From an uncultured Nitrospirota bacterium (GTDB taxonomy: Bacteria > Nitrospirota > Nitrospiria > JACQBZ01), in NCBI GenBank assembly GCA_964372835.1, contig CAYJTJ010000003.1:1-38187 (forward strand): a stretch of DNA of 38,187 bases, given 5' to 3'. The notes under the pieces were generated by a model. That model was not told the origin of the DNA. It made no database searches and saw nothing but the letters and a program-made list of their open reading frames with translations. The number at the start of each line of letters is the position of its first letter. Position 1 is the first letter of the stretch. A program made the position numbers and the translations under genes. Shown here piece after piece: positions 1 through 8,360 of this stretch.

Positions 1-347
1 CCGGCCTGGTCGGCATCGACATCAACAAGGTGATCGCGATCACGTTCGTGATCGGCTCGGTCCTCGCGTCCGCGGCTGGGGCCATGGTCGCGGTCTACTA
101 CGGCCTCGTGAACTTTTATATTGGATACATTGCCGGTATCAAGGCCTTCACGGCGGCCGTCCTGGGCGGGATCGGAAACATCCCGGGCGCGATGCTGGGC
201 GGGATCGTCCTGGGGCTGGTCGAAAGCCTGGGCGCCAGTTACATCTCGAGCGAATACAAAGATGTCTTCGCATTCCTTATCCTGATCCTGGTCCTCATCC
301 TTCGGCCCAGCGGGCTGCTGGGCGAACGGCTGTCGGAGAAGGTCTAA
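1..347 (+). CDS. livH: Branched-chain amino acid ABC transporter permease LivH, C-terminal fragment (5' end outside window)
   Basis: Track ORF 30..347 stays open in frame back to nt 3 (GLVGIDINKV...). The motif KAFTAAVLGGIGNIPGAMLGG is typical of LivH-family permeases. livM, livG and livF follow. Confidence 0.85.
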   Translation, partial: GLVGIDINKVIAITFVIGSVLASAAGAMVAVYYGLVNFYIGYIAGIKAFTAAVLGGIGNIPGAMLGGIVLGLVESLGASYISSEYKDVFAFLILILVLILRPSGLLGERLSEKV

Positions 348-354
348 CGGCCCG

Positions 355-1584
355 ATGGCACGGTCCCCGGGCGGAAGGGCTAACGTGAAGGAATGGCTTC
401 GGATCGCCGGCCTCGCGGGCTGGATCGGTTTTTTGGTCCTGCCATTCGTCGGGCCGGCGTCGGCCGCTCTGTTCGCGGGTGCGACGCTCTTGGGCGTGAT
501 CCTTTGGCGAGGGGCGATCCGGGCCTCGGCCAGCGAGCGGCTCCGGGGCTTCGTCCACAAGATAGAGCCGGCCCTCCGTCTTATGCGCGGGCATCGGCCG
601 AGCGCGCCGCAGAAGGCCGCCGGCGCATCCGCACTCGGCCTTTTTCTGATCCTCCTTCCGCTGTTCCTCAATAACTATTTCATCGATGTCCTCACGCTGG
701 GCGGCATCTACGTGGTGCTGGCCCTGGGGCTCAACATCGTCGTGGGGATGGCCGGCATACTCGACCTCGGATACATCGCGTTCTACGCGATCGGGGCCTA
801 CAGTTATGCGCTGCTGTCCACGCGGCTCGCGGTTTCCTTTTGGGCGGCGCTTCCGATCGGCGGTGCGGTCGCGGCACTTTTCGGGCTCATTCTCGGCCTG
901 GTCACGCTGCGGTTACGGGGAGACTACGTGGCGATCGTGACGCTCGGATTCATCCATATCGTCAATCTGGTGTTGAAGAACTGGGACAGCGTCACGAACG
1001 GCCCCAACGGCATCCTCAACATCGGGCGACCGGAAATCGGCGCGTTCGTCTTCAGCCAGCCGGTCCATTTCTACTATCTCATCCTGGCGATCGCCTCCCT
1101 GGCCGTGTTCACCGTGAACCGGTTGGGCCGCTCCCGGATTGGACGGGCCTGGATCGCCATCCGTGAAGATGAGATCGCCGCGCAGGCGATGGGGGTGAAC
1201 GCGACCTGGATGAAAATGCTGGCCTTCGCCACGGGCGCGACTTGGGCCGGCATCGCGGGGGTCTTCTTCGCCGGGAAGTTCGCCTTCATCTCTCCCGAGA
1301 GCTTCACGTTTTTCGAGTCGGTCATCGTTCTTTCGATGGTCGTCCTGGGCGGGATGGGAAGCGTGCCCGGCGTGATCCTGGGCGCGCTGGTCCTCGTCAT
1401 TCTGCCGGAAATGCTTCGTGAGTTTTCAAGCTACCGGATGCTCGTCTTTGGCGCGGCGATGGTGCTGATGATGCTTTTCCGCCCTCAGGGGATGATCGGA
1501 AATCCGCGTCGCCGGATCGAGCTCCGGCCCGAGGACGAGGCGCGGCTTGAGGAAAACCTCGCCCGACGGGGTTCCGAGGCCTGA
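355..1584 (+). CDS. livM: Branched-chain amino acid ABC transporter permease LivM
   Basis: 409-aa polytopic membrane protein. Core LGLNIVVGMAGILDLGYIAFYAIGAY and RIGRAWIAIREDEIAAQAMGVN match the LivM family. Starts 7 nt after the livH stop. Confidence 0.85.
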   Translation: MARSPGGRANVKEWLRIAGLAGWIGFLVLPFVGPASAALFAGATLLGVILWRGAIRASASERLRGFVHKIEPALRLMRGHRPSAPQKAAGASALGLFLILLPLFLNNYFIDVLTLGGIYVVLALGLNIVVGMAGILDLGYIAFYAIGAYSYALLSTRLAVSFWAALPIGGAVAALFGLILGLVTLRLRGDYVAIVTLGFIHIVNLVLKNWDSVTNGPNGILNIGRPEIGAFVFSQPVHFYYLILAIASLAVFTVNRLGRSRIGRAWIAIREDEIAAQAMGVNATWMKMLAFATGATWAGIAGVFFAGKFAFISPESFTFFESVIVLSMVVLGGMGSVPGVILGALVLVILPEMLREFSSYRMLVFGAAMVLMMLFRPQGMIGNPRRRIELRPEDEARLEENLARRGSEA

Positions 1585-2082
1585 GCGGGGAGCGCCTCCC
1601 GATCCGCCCGATTCGGGAGGACGATGGCGTTTGAGATTGATCGTGCCGGTGCGATGGTAGGGGAAGTTTCGCGATCCGAAAAAGGACCGAATCGCCACAT
1701 CGCCCTCGATGGCGTACGCGACGGAGTCGGATTCCAGTAGCGACTTAAGTCCCGTCTTAAGATCGCGGAAGGAGGTCGAAAGAGGGAGCCGGACCGTGGT
1801 CGTGGCGCGGGATGGGATCGAGATCGGATCCAGGACGGCGCCGGTGGCCAGGGGCCGGTCGTTTAAGAACACGGTGTAGCCCAATCGGGTGATCGTCACG
1901 CCGAATCGGTTCGGGTTCTCGAGATCGACTTGGAGGGTCAGATGGGCTCCGGTCAGGCTCAGCCCGGTTACTTCGACGGACCCAAGCGTCACGTTCGGAC
2001 GGACCAAGGCCCGGCCCATGCAGCCCGATGACAAAAAGACCGCGGCGGCGAAGCTTAAGATGAAGAACCAGGAATATCTCAT
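1426..2082 (-). CDS. LEA_2 / WHy-domain (LEA14-like) lipoprotein
   Basis: Track ORF 1426..2115. The internal ATG at 2082 gives MRYSWFFILSFAAAVFLSSGC, a signal peptide plus lipobox. The body (VTLGSVEVTGLSL..LQVDLENPNRFGVTI..YTVFLNDRPLATG...YAIEGDV) looks like Pfam LEA_2. The last ~70 aa are low complexity, and 159 nt of them overlap livM antisense, so the true 3' end is uncertain. Confidence 0.6.
   Translation of the reverse strand: MRYSWFFILSFAAAVFLSSGCMGRALVRPNVTLGSVEVTGLSLTGAHLTLQVDLENPNRFGVTITRLGYTVFLNDRPLATGAVLDPISIPSRATTTVRLPLSTSFRDLKTGLKSLLESDSVAYAIEGDVAIRSFFGSRNFPYHRTGTINLKRHRPPESGGSGGAPRSGLGTPSGEVFLKPRLVLGPELDPATRISDHPLRAEKHHQHHRRAKDEHPVA
1595..1620. other. GC-rich hairpin 11 nt after the livM stop (CCTCCCGA-N10-TCGGGAGG)
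   Basis: Perfect 8-bp inverted repeat read directly from the sequence. No flanking T-tract on either strand. It lies inside the 3' tail of the antisense LEA_2 ORF and encodes PPESGG there. Confidence 0.3.
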
Positions 2083-2147
2083 GAGCCCCAACGTCGACAG
2101 CGGTTCCCCCATCATACAACAAAGCCCGGACCGGGGAAAGGTTTGCG

Positions 2148-2915
2148 ATGCCGCTTCTTGAAACGAAGAATCTCACGATGCGGTTCGGAGGGCTGACGGC
2201 GCTTGATGACGTCGGGACGGTCGTGGAGGAAGGAAGGATTATCAGCCTGATCGGCCCCAACGGGGCCGGGAAGACGACCTTTTTCAACTGCGTCACGGGC
2301 CTCCATCCGCCCACCGGCGGAGAGGCCCGCTTCCGGGGCCGACGGATCACCGGGCGTCGGCCCCATGAGATCACGGCTTTCGGGATCGCGAGAACCTTCC
2401 AGAGCGTCCGGCTGTTCGCCGAGATGACCGCGCTCGAAAACGTGATGGTCGGGGGGCATGTGCGCAGCCGGGCGGGTTTGATGGGCGCGCTGCTCCGCGC
2501 GGGCTGGGTGCTTGAGGAGGAGAGAGCGCTTGCATCGAAGGCACTTCGGCTGTTAGAATTCGTGGGCTTAGCGGGCGGCGCGGACACTTGGGCGCGCAAC
2601 CTGTCCTACGGCGAGCAGCGCCGGCTTGAGATCGCCCGGGCGCTGGCGACCGACCCGGTCCTGCTCCTCCTGGATGAGCCGGCGGCCGGGATGAATCCAC
2701 GCGAGACGGCCGGACTCATGCGCCTGATCCGTCAGATCCGCGATCAGGGCGTGACGATCCTTCTGATCGAACACGACATGAGAGTGGTCATGGGGATATC
2801 GGATCGGATCGCCGTGCTGGACCATGGAGTCAAGATTGCAGAAGGCACCCCCGGCGAGATTCAAAAGAACCCCCGTGTCATTGAAGCCTACTTGGGAGCG
2901 GTGGAATCGCGCTGA
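2148..2915 (+). CDS. livG: Branched-chain amino acid ABC transporter ATP-binding protein LivG
   Basis: Walker A GPNGAGKTT, signature LSYGEQRRLEIARAL, Walker B LLLLDEPAAGM. N-terminus MPLLETKNLTMRFGGLTAL is typical of LivG. Confidence 0.9.
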   Translation: MPLLETKNLTMRFGGLTALDDVGTVVEEGRIISLIGPNGAGKTTFFNCVTGLHPPTGGEARFRGRRITGRRPHEITAFGIARTFQSVRLFAEMTALENVMVGGHVRSRAGLMGALLRAGWVLEEERALASKALRLLEFVGLAGGADTWARNLSYGEQRRLEIARALATDPVLLLLDEPAAGMNPRETAGLMRLIRQIRDQGVTILLIEHDMRVVMGISDRIAVLDHGVKIAEGTPGEIQKNPRVIEAYLGAVESR

Positions 2916-3002
2916 GCCCGACGATCACACTGACCGGCCCGCGCCTTTCGGATTCTCCGACGGGTTCCGTGGATTCCGATCGAAAAGGGGGGTGAGGGCC
3001 GG

Positions 3003-3710
3003 TTGCTAAAACTGGAGGATGTCCACGCTTCCTACGGTCCGATCGAAGCCCTTAAGGGGATCTCGCTTGAGGTGAAGGAGGGCGAGATCGTGGCCCTGAT
3101 CGGCGCCAACGGGGCCGGAAAATCGACCACGCTGATGGCCATCTCGGGAACCCTGCCGCCGCGGGGCGGGCGCGTCGAATTCCTGGCGGAGGATATCGCG
3201 GGTCTCCCCGTCCATGAGATCGTCGGGCGGGGGATCTCGCAGGTCCCGGAGGGCCGCCGTATCTTTCCCCGGTTGACGGTCCTCGAAAATCTCGAGATGG
3301 GGGCCTTCCTTCAAAAAAATCGGCGGGACCGCGAGGCCGATCTGAATACCGTTTTTGAGCAGTTCCCGATCCTCAAGGAACGGCGGTCGCAACGGGGCGG
3401 CACACTGTCCGGGGGGGAGCAGCAGATGCTGGCGATCGGGCGGGCCTTGATGGCCCGACCGAGGCTTCTGCTGATGGACGAGCCTTCTCTCGGCCTGGCC
3501 CCGATCATCGTGAAGAAGATCTTCGAGATTATTCGAACTCTAAACCGTCAGGGACGGACCATCCTCCTCGTGGAGCAAAACGCCCGGGCCGCCTTGAGCC
3601 TGGCGCACCGGGGATACATCATGGAGACCGGACGGATCGTTTTGGAAGATGAAGCCCGGCGGCTGATGGAAAATCCGCGCGTCCGGGAGGCTTATCTGGG
3701 TGAAAGTTAG
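3003..3710 (+). CDS. livF: Branched-chain amino acid ABC transporter ATP-binding protein LivF
   Basis: TTG start. Walker A GANGAGKST, signature LSGGEQQMLAIGRAL, Walker B LLLMDEPSLGL. C-terminus NPRVREAYLG is typical of LivF. Confidence 0.9.
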   Translation: MLKLEDVHASYGPIEALKGISLEVKEGEIVALIGANGAGKSTTLMAISGTLPPRGGRVEFLAEDIAGLPVHEIVGRGISQVPEGRRIFPRLTVLENLEMGAFLQKNRRDREADLNTVFEQFPILKERRSQRGGTLSGGEQQMLAIGRALMARPRLLLMDEPSLGLAPIIVKKIFEIIRTLNRQGRTILLVEQNARAALSLAHRGYIMETGRIVLEDEARRLMENPRVREAYLGES

Positions 3711-3713
3711 ACC

Positions 3714-4823
3714 GTGAGTGTCCCCGCGATGAACCAGACGCCGTTATACGAGCCGCACCGGAGCCTCGGGGCGAAAATGATCCCGTTCGCCGGGTGGGAG
3801 ATGCCGCTGTCCTACACCGGCGTGCTCGAAGAGCATCGCGCGGTCCGGACCGCGGTCGGCCTGTTCGATATCAGCCACATGGGGCGAATCGATGTGACGG
3901 GTCCGTCGGCCCTCGCGCTCCTCGACCGCGTCGCGACCGCCGACATCAAAAACATGCGGGTCGGCGGGATGCAGTATGCGCTGGCCTGCAAGGAGTCCGG
4001 GGGCATCCTGGACGATCTGATGCTTTATCGGTTTTCCGAGGAGAACTATTCCGTCTGCGCGAACGCCGCGAACGCCGGGAAGATCCTCGGCTGGTTGAAA
4101 AAGCAGGCCTCCGGGATGCGCGGGGTGACCGTCACGGATCGAAGCCCGGAACTGGCGCAGCTGGCGGTTCAGGGGCCCCGGTCGCGCGAGCTCCTTAAGC
4201 CACTGACACGGGCCGATCTCGATTCCCTCAAGCCGCGCCAGTGTCTTGAGACCGTGCTGGCGGAAACCCCCATGCGGCTCTCCCGGAGCGGGTACACCGG
4301 CGAGCTGGGGTATGAGCTTTACCTCCCAAGGGAGCGGGCGGCTCACGTCTGGGAAGCGCTGATCAAGCGGGGAAAGGAGTTCGGCCTAAAACCCTGCGGC
4401 CTCGGCTGCCGCGACACACTTCGTCTTGAAATGGGTTATCCCCTTTACGGCAACGACATGGACGAGGAGACGACGCCGATCGAGGCTTCGCTGGAGTTTG
4501 CCGTAGATGCCGACAAGCCGGCCTTCATCGGGCGAGAGGCGATTGTTCGGCAGAAGGAGAAGGGCCCGCCGCGAAAACTGGTGGGGTTCCTGCTTGAGCA
4601 ACGCGGCGTCCCCCGGCACGGCTACAAGATCTTCTCCGAGGGAAAAGAAATAGGCGTAGTCTCAAGCGGGAATCATTCCCCGTCACTCAATCAAGGCATC
4701 GGGATGGGATACGTGGCCCCGGGATTCGCCGGGGTGGGCGAAGAGATTCTGATCGAGATACGGGAGAACGCGATCCCGGCCGTCCTGGTCGAGAGGCCGT
4801 TTTATAAAAAGCGGAAGGCGTAA
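3714..4823 (+). CDS. gcvT: Glycine cleavage system aminomethyltransferase (T protein)
   Basis: TPLYEPHRSLGAKMIPFAGWEMPLSY, VGLFDISHMGRI and SRSGYTGELGYELY are GcvT hallmarks. The GTG at 3714 starts 3 nt after the livF stop. ATG at 3729 is an alternative start. Confidence 0.9.
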   Translation: MSVPAMNQTPLYEPHRSLGAKMIPFAGWEMPLSYTGVLEEHRAVRTAVGLFDISHMGRIDVTGPSALALLDRVATADIKNMRVGGMQYALACKESGGILDDLMLYRFSEENYSVCANAANAGKILGWLKKQASGMRGVTVTDRSPELAQLAVQGPRSRELLKPLTRADLDSLKPRQCLETVLAETPMRLSRSGYTGELGYELYLPRERAAHVWEALIKRGKEFGLKPCGLGCRDTLRLEMGYPLYGNDMDEETTPIEASLEFAVDADKPAFIGREAIVRQKEKGPPRKLVGFLLEQRGVPRHGYKIFSEGKEIGVVSSGNHSPSLNQGIGMGYVAPGFAGVGEEILIEIRENAIPAVLVERPFYKKRKA

Positions 4824-4872
4824 GGCGCGGGAAGTAAGAATCGGGATCGATTAACGATGATACGGAGGTAGA

Positions 4873-6216
4873 GTGGAGTACATTCCGAATACGAAAGAAG
4901 AACAACAGCAGATGTTGAAGGTGATCGGGGTCGACACGATCGAGGACCTGCTCACCGATATCCCGTCGGAACTCCGGCTCACGCGCGGGCTTCAGCTCCC
5001 GCCCCCGCTGTCGGAGCCCGAGCTTAAGGCCGAGATGCTCCGTCTCAGCGAGAGGAACGCCGACCTCCTGCATTACGCGTCCTTCCTGGGCGCCGGCGCC
5101 TACGATCACGCGATCCCCTCCGTGGTGGGCCACCTGGCCTTCCGATCGGAGTTTTACACCGCCTATACGCCCTACCAGGCGGAGATGAGTCAGGGGCTTC
5201 TCCAAACAATCTACGAATTCCAGACGATGATTTGCGAGCTGACCGGGATGGAGGTGGCGAACGCCTCGCTGTACGACGGCGGGACCGCGCTGGCCGAGGC
5301 CGCGATGATGGCCCTTCGCGTGACGCGGCGAAACAAGATCCTCCTTTCCACCGCGATCCATCCGGACTACCGGTCGGTCCTTAAAACCTATCTTTCGGGG
5401 ACAGAGCCGACCATTATCGAGATCCGGGACGCGGATGGGATCACCGATCCCGAGGCGCTCCGGCGCCATCTCTCCGAAGAGGTGGCCTGCGTCCTAATCC
5501 AATCCCCGAACTTTTTCGGCTGCATTGAGCGGATCGGCGAGGTGGTCCTAGAGGCCCGACGGCACGGCGCGCTCGTGGCGGTCGCGGCCGATCCCATGGG
5601 GTTGGGTCTCTTGAGATCGCCGGGGGAAATCGGGGCTGATATCGTCGTGGGCGAAGGGCAGGGGTTGGGAAACGGGCTCAACTTCGGCGGGCCCTACCTC
5701 GGCTTTTTCGCGACGCGGCGGGAGTACGTCCGACAAATGCCGGGCCGCGTGGTCGGCGCGACGGTGGACGGAAAAGGCCGCCGCGGATTCTGCCTGACCC
5801 TCCAGACCCGTGAACAACACATTAAGAGAGAACGGGCCACTTCGAACATCTGCACGAACGAAGCCCTGGCCGCGCTGGCGGCCACGGTCTATCTTTCGGC
5901 CATGGGCCGGCAGGGAATTCGCGAGGTCGGACGTCTCTGCCTTCAGAAGGCCCATTATCTCAAGAGCCGCCTCTGTGAGACGAAGGGCTTTGAGCCGGCC
6001 TTTGGGCAGCCGTTCTTTAAGGAATTCGTCATGAAGACGCCGGTACCTCCGGCCCGGCTGAACAAGAGGCTGTATAAGAAACAGATCATCGGGGGGCTGG
6101 ATCTGGGTTCGGTCGACCGACGGCTCAAAAACCACTGGCTTCTCTGCGTGACCGAGAAAAGAACAAAGGATGAGATGGACCGGCTGGTGGCCGTTGTTAG
6201 AGAATCCGTCCGATGA
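4873..6216 (+). CDS. gcvPA: Glycine dehydrogenase (decarboxylating) subunit 1 (P protein alpha)
   Basis: MEYIPNT... N-terminus, FLGAGAYDH and YTPYQAEMSQGLLQ motifs. GTG start preceded by GGAGG. Confidence 0.9.
   Translation: MEYIPNTKEEQQQMLKVIGVDTIEDLLTDIPSELRLTRGLQLPPPLSEPELKAEMLRLSERNADLLHYASFLGAGAYDHAIPSVVGHLAFRSEFYTAYTPYQAEMSQGLLQTIYEFQTMICELTGMEVANASLYDGGTALAEAAMMALRVTRRNKILLSTAIHPDYRSVLKTYLSGTEPTIIEIRDADGITDPEALRRHLSEEVACVLIQSPNFFGCIERIGEVVLEARRHGALVAVAADPMGLGLLRSPGEIGADIVVGEGQGLGNGLNFGGPYLGFFATRREYVRQMPGRVVGATVDGKGRRGFCLTLQTREQHIKRERATSNICTNEALAALAATVYLSAMGRQGIREVGRLCLQKAHYLKSRLCETKGFEPAFGQPFFKEFVMKTPVPPARLNKRLYKKQIIGGLDLGSVDRRLKNHWLLCVTEKRTKDEMDRLVAVVRESVR
6171..6209 (+). repeat. Direct repeat copy 1: functional 3' end of gcvPA (codons EMDRLVAVVRESV)
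   Basis: 39 nt, matching 6312..6350 at 35 of 39 positions by manual alignment. Confidence 0.85.
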
Positions 6217-6261
6217 GGGCAAAAAATAACAGCGAGCGGAGCGAGCGTAGGGAGAGGGAGG

Positions 6262-6302
6262 CTCCATTCGGCTTAGCCGATGGAGGGGGACGGTCGCTCC
6301 CC
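6262..6302. other. Two adjacent hairpins in the gcvPA-nudix spacer
   Basis: CTCCAT(T)CGGC-TTA-GCCGATGGAG (6262..6285) has 10 bp with one bulge. GGGGA-N7-TCCCC lies at 6286..6302. Upstream is the tandem AGCGAGCG-G-AGCGAGCG (6231..6247). Confidence 0.5.
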
Positions 6303-6311
6303 CAAAATAGG

Positions 6312-6350
6312 TGAGATGGACCGGCTGGTGGCGGTGGTTCGAGAATCGGT
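6312..6350 (+). repeat. Direct repeat copy 2: relic gcvPA 3' end whose TGA overlaps the nudix ATG
   Basis: Reads GEMDRLVAVVRESV-stop in frame. All 4 differences from copy 1 are synonymous (GCC/GCG, GTT/GTG, AGA/CGA, TCC/TCG). Its stop forms TGATG with the nudix start. Confidence 0.8.
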
Positions 6351-6353
6351 TTG

Positions 6354-6875
6354 ATGCCGACGGTTTATAAAGGTCGCATACTGGACGTCAATCTGGAAAC
6401 GGCGCATCTTCCCACTGGCCGGAAGGCGCGGCTCGAGATCATCCGCCACCCGGGGGCGGCCGCGGTGGTGCCGGTTCGTGAGGACGGGCACGTCATCATG
6501 ATCCGCCAATACCGTCATGCGGCCGGCGGAATGATTTTCGAGATCCCGGCCGGGCGGATGGAGCCGGGTGAGGGCCCCGCGGACTGCGCTCGGCGGGAAC
6601 TGGCCGAGGAGACCGGGCAGCGGGCCTCCCGGTGGAAGGGATTGGGCTGGATCTGGACAACGCCGGGTTTCACCGATGAGAAAATTCATCTCTTTCTCGC
6701 GCGCCGTCTCACGCCGGTGGCCCGGTCGCCGGAACGAGATGAGGTCATCGAGGTCCTGGATCTGCCGATGCCAAGAGTCCTGCGTATGATCCGGCGGGGG
6801 GAGATCGTCGATGGAAAGACGATCTGCGGTATCATGAAGGCCCATATGTGGCTGGAGGGATTGAAGAATGGCTGA
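6354..6875 (+). CDS. Nudix hydrolase (ADP-ribose pyrophosphatase-like)
   Basis: Nudix box [25 protein letters not shown] at 6354 (the track lists TTG 6351). The 3' end overlaps the gcvPB start by 8 nt. Confidence 0.85.
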   Translation: MPTVYKGRILDVNLETAHLPTGRKARLEIIRHPGAAAVVPVREDGHVIMIRQYRHAAGGMIFEIPAGRMEPGEGPADCARRELAEETGQRASRWKGLGWIWTTPGFTDEKIHLFLARRLTPVARSPERDEVIEVLDLPMPRVLRMIRRGEIVDGKTICGIMKAHMWLEGLKNG

Positions 6876-8316
6876 AGCGGTTATTTTTGATAAAAGTGTC
6901 CCGGGACGGAAAGGCTACTCGTTGCCGGATCTCGATGTTCCGGAAGTCCCGATGGCCGAGCTGATTCCGGCCGATCGTCTGCGAAAGGAGTCTCCGAATC
7001 TTCCCGAGCTGAGCGAGGTGGACGTCGTGAGGCATTTTACCAACCTCTCCCGGGACAGTTACGGGATCGACCAGGGGTTCTACCCGCTGGGCTCCTGCAC
7101 GATGAAGTATAACCCCAAGGTCAACGAGGACGTGGCCCGATATCCCGGCTTCGCCTCGGTTCATCCCCTTCAGCCCGTTGATCAGGTCCAGGGCGCGCTT
7201 CAACTCCTCGGTCAGCTCGAATCGGCCCTTCGTGAGATCACCGGGATGGACCGTGTGACGCTCCAGCCGGCGGCCGGGGCCCAGGGCGAGCTGGTCGGGA
7301 TGCTGATGATCCGGGCCTACCACCGGGCACAGGGTCGGGCGCGCAGGAAAGTGATCGTTCCGGACTCGGCGCACGGAACAAACCCGGCGACCGCGACGCT
7401 CGCCGGCTTTCAGGTCCAGGTCGTGCATTCGGGCGGCGACGGGCTGGTGGACCTGGAGGATCTCAAACGGCTGGTGGATGAGGAAACGGCCGCGCTCATG
7501 TTGACGAATCCCAACACGCTGGGTCTGTTTGAGCGCGAAATTCTCAAGATCTCCGAGCGGATCCATTCCGCCGGGGCGCTCCTCTACCTCGACGGGGCCA
7601 ACCTCAACGCAATGCTCGGTCTCTGCCGTCCGGGCGATATGGGATTCGATCTGGTCCATTCCAATCTGCACAAAACTTTTACGACGCCCCACGGCGGGGG
7701 CGGCCCGGGGGCGGGGGCGCTGGGCGTGAAGGCCCCGCTCGTGCCGTTTCTGCCGATTCCGCTGGTCGAGAAGACCGAGAAGGGTTACGTTTTAGAGCAC
7801 CGCCGGCCCCAGTCCATCGGGCGGGTCCATACCTTCTACGGAAATTTCGGGAATCTGGTCCGCGCCTACACCTACATCCGGCGCATGGGCGCGGTGGGGT
7901 TTCAAAAGGTCGGGTCCAACGCGATCTTGAATGCGAATTATATCCGCAAGCGGTTGGAGAAGATTTACCCGGTTCCGTACAACCGGTTCTGCATGCACGA
8001 GTTCGTCGCCTCGGCCAAGAAGTTCCGGGGAAAAGATGTCCACGCCTGGGATATCGCCAAGCGACTGATCGATTTCGGAATCCATCCTCCGACGGTTAAT
8101 TTTCCGATGATCGTGGAGGAGGCCTTGATGATCGAGCCGACCGAAACCGAGCCGAAGGAAAACCTCGATCGTTTCTGCGAGGCGATGGCCCGGATCGCCC
8201 GGGAGATCGAGGAGAACCCGGAGATCGTCCGTACGGCGCCGCACACCCGGTCGGTGGGTCGACTGGATGAGGTCCGCGCGGTCAAGGAGTTGAACCTGCG
8301 TTGGAGGCCGGGGTGA
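6868..8316 (+). CDS. gcvPB: Glycine dehydrogenase (decarboxylating) subunit 2 (P protein beta, PLP-binding)
   Basis: [18 protein letters not shown] and SNLHKTF (PLP lysine context) are typical of GcvPB. Confidence 0.9.
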   Translation: MAEAVIFDKSVPGRKGYSLPDLDVPEVPMAELIPADRLRKESPNLPELSEVDVVRHFTNLSRDSYGIDQGFYPLGSCTMKYNPKVNEDVARYPGFASVHPLQPVDQVQGALQLLGQLESALREITGMDRVTLQPAAGAQGELVGMLMIRAYHRAQGRARRKVIVPDSAHGTNPATATLAGFQVQVVHSGGDGLVDLEDLKRLVDEETAALMLTNPNTLGLFEREILKISERIHSAGALLYLDGANLNAMLGLCRPGDMGFDLVHSNLHKTFTTPHGGGGPGAGALGVKAPLVPFLPIPLVEKTEKGYVLEHRRPQSIGRVHTFYGNFGNLVRAYTYIRRMGAVGFQKVGSNAILNANYIRKRLEKIYPVPYNRFCMHEFVASAKKFRGKDVHAWDIAKRLIDFGIHPPTVNFPMIVEEALMIEPTETEPKENLDRFCEAMARIAREIEENPEIVRTAPHTRSVGRLDEVRAVKELNLRWRPG

Positions 8317-8360
8317 TCGAAAACCGGGCCGTCACCATGAAGGTGCTGGGGGGATAGGCC

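Noticed and set aside
2916-3002. 87-nt spacer between livG and livF with a short GGATTC(TC)CGA direct repeat
   Set aside because: The livF N-terminus (MLKLEDVHASYG) aligns with the canonical start and has a G-rich ribosome-binding site. The repeat is short and could easily arise by chance.
3711-3713. Glycine riboswitch expected upstream of gcvT
   Set aside because: Only 3 nt separate the livF stop from the gcvT start, so a riboswitch cannot fit.
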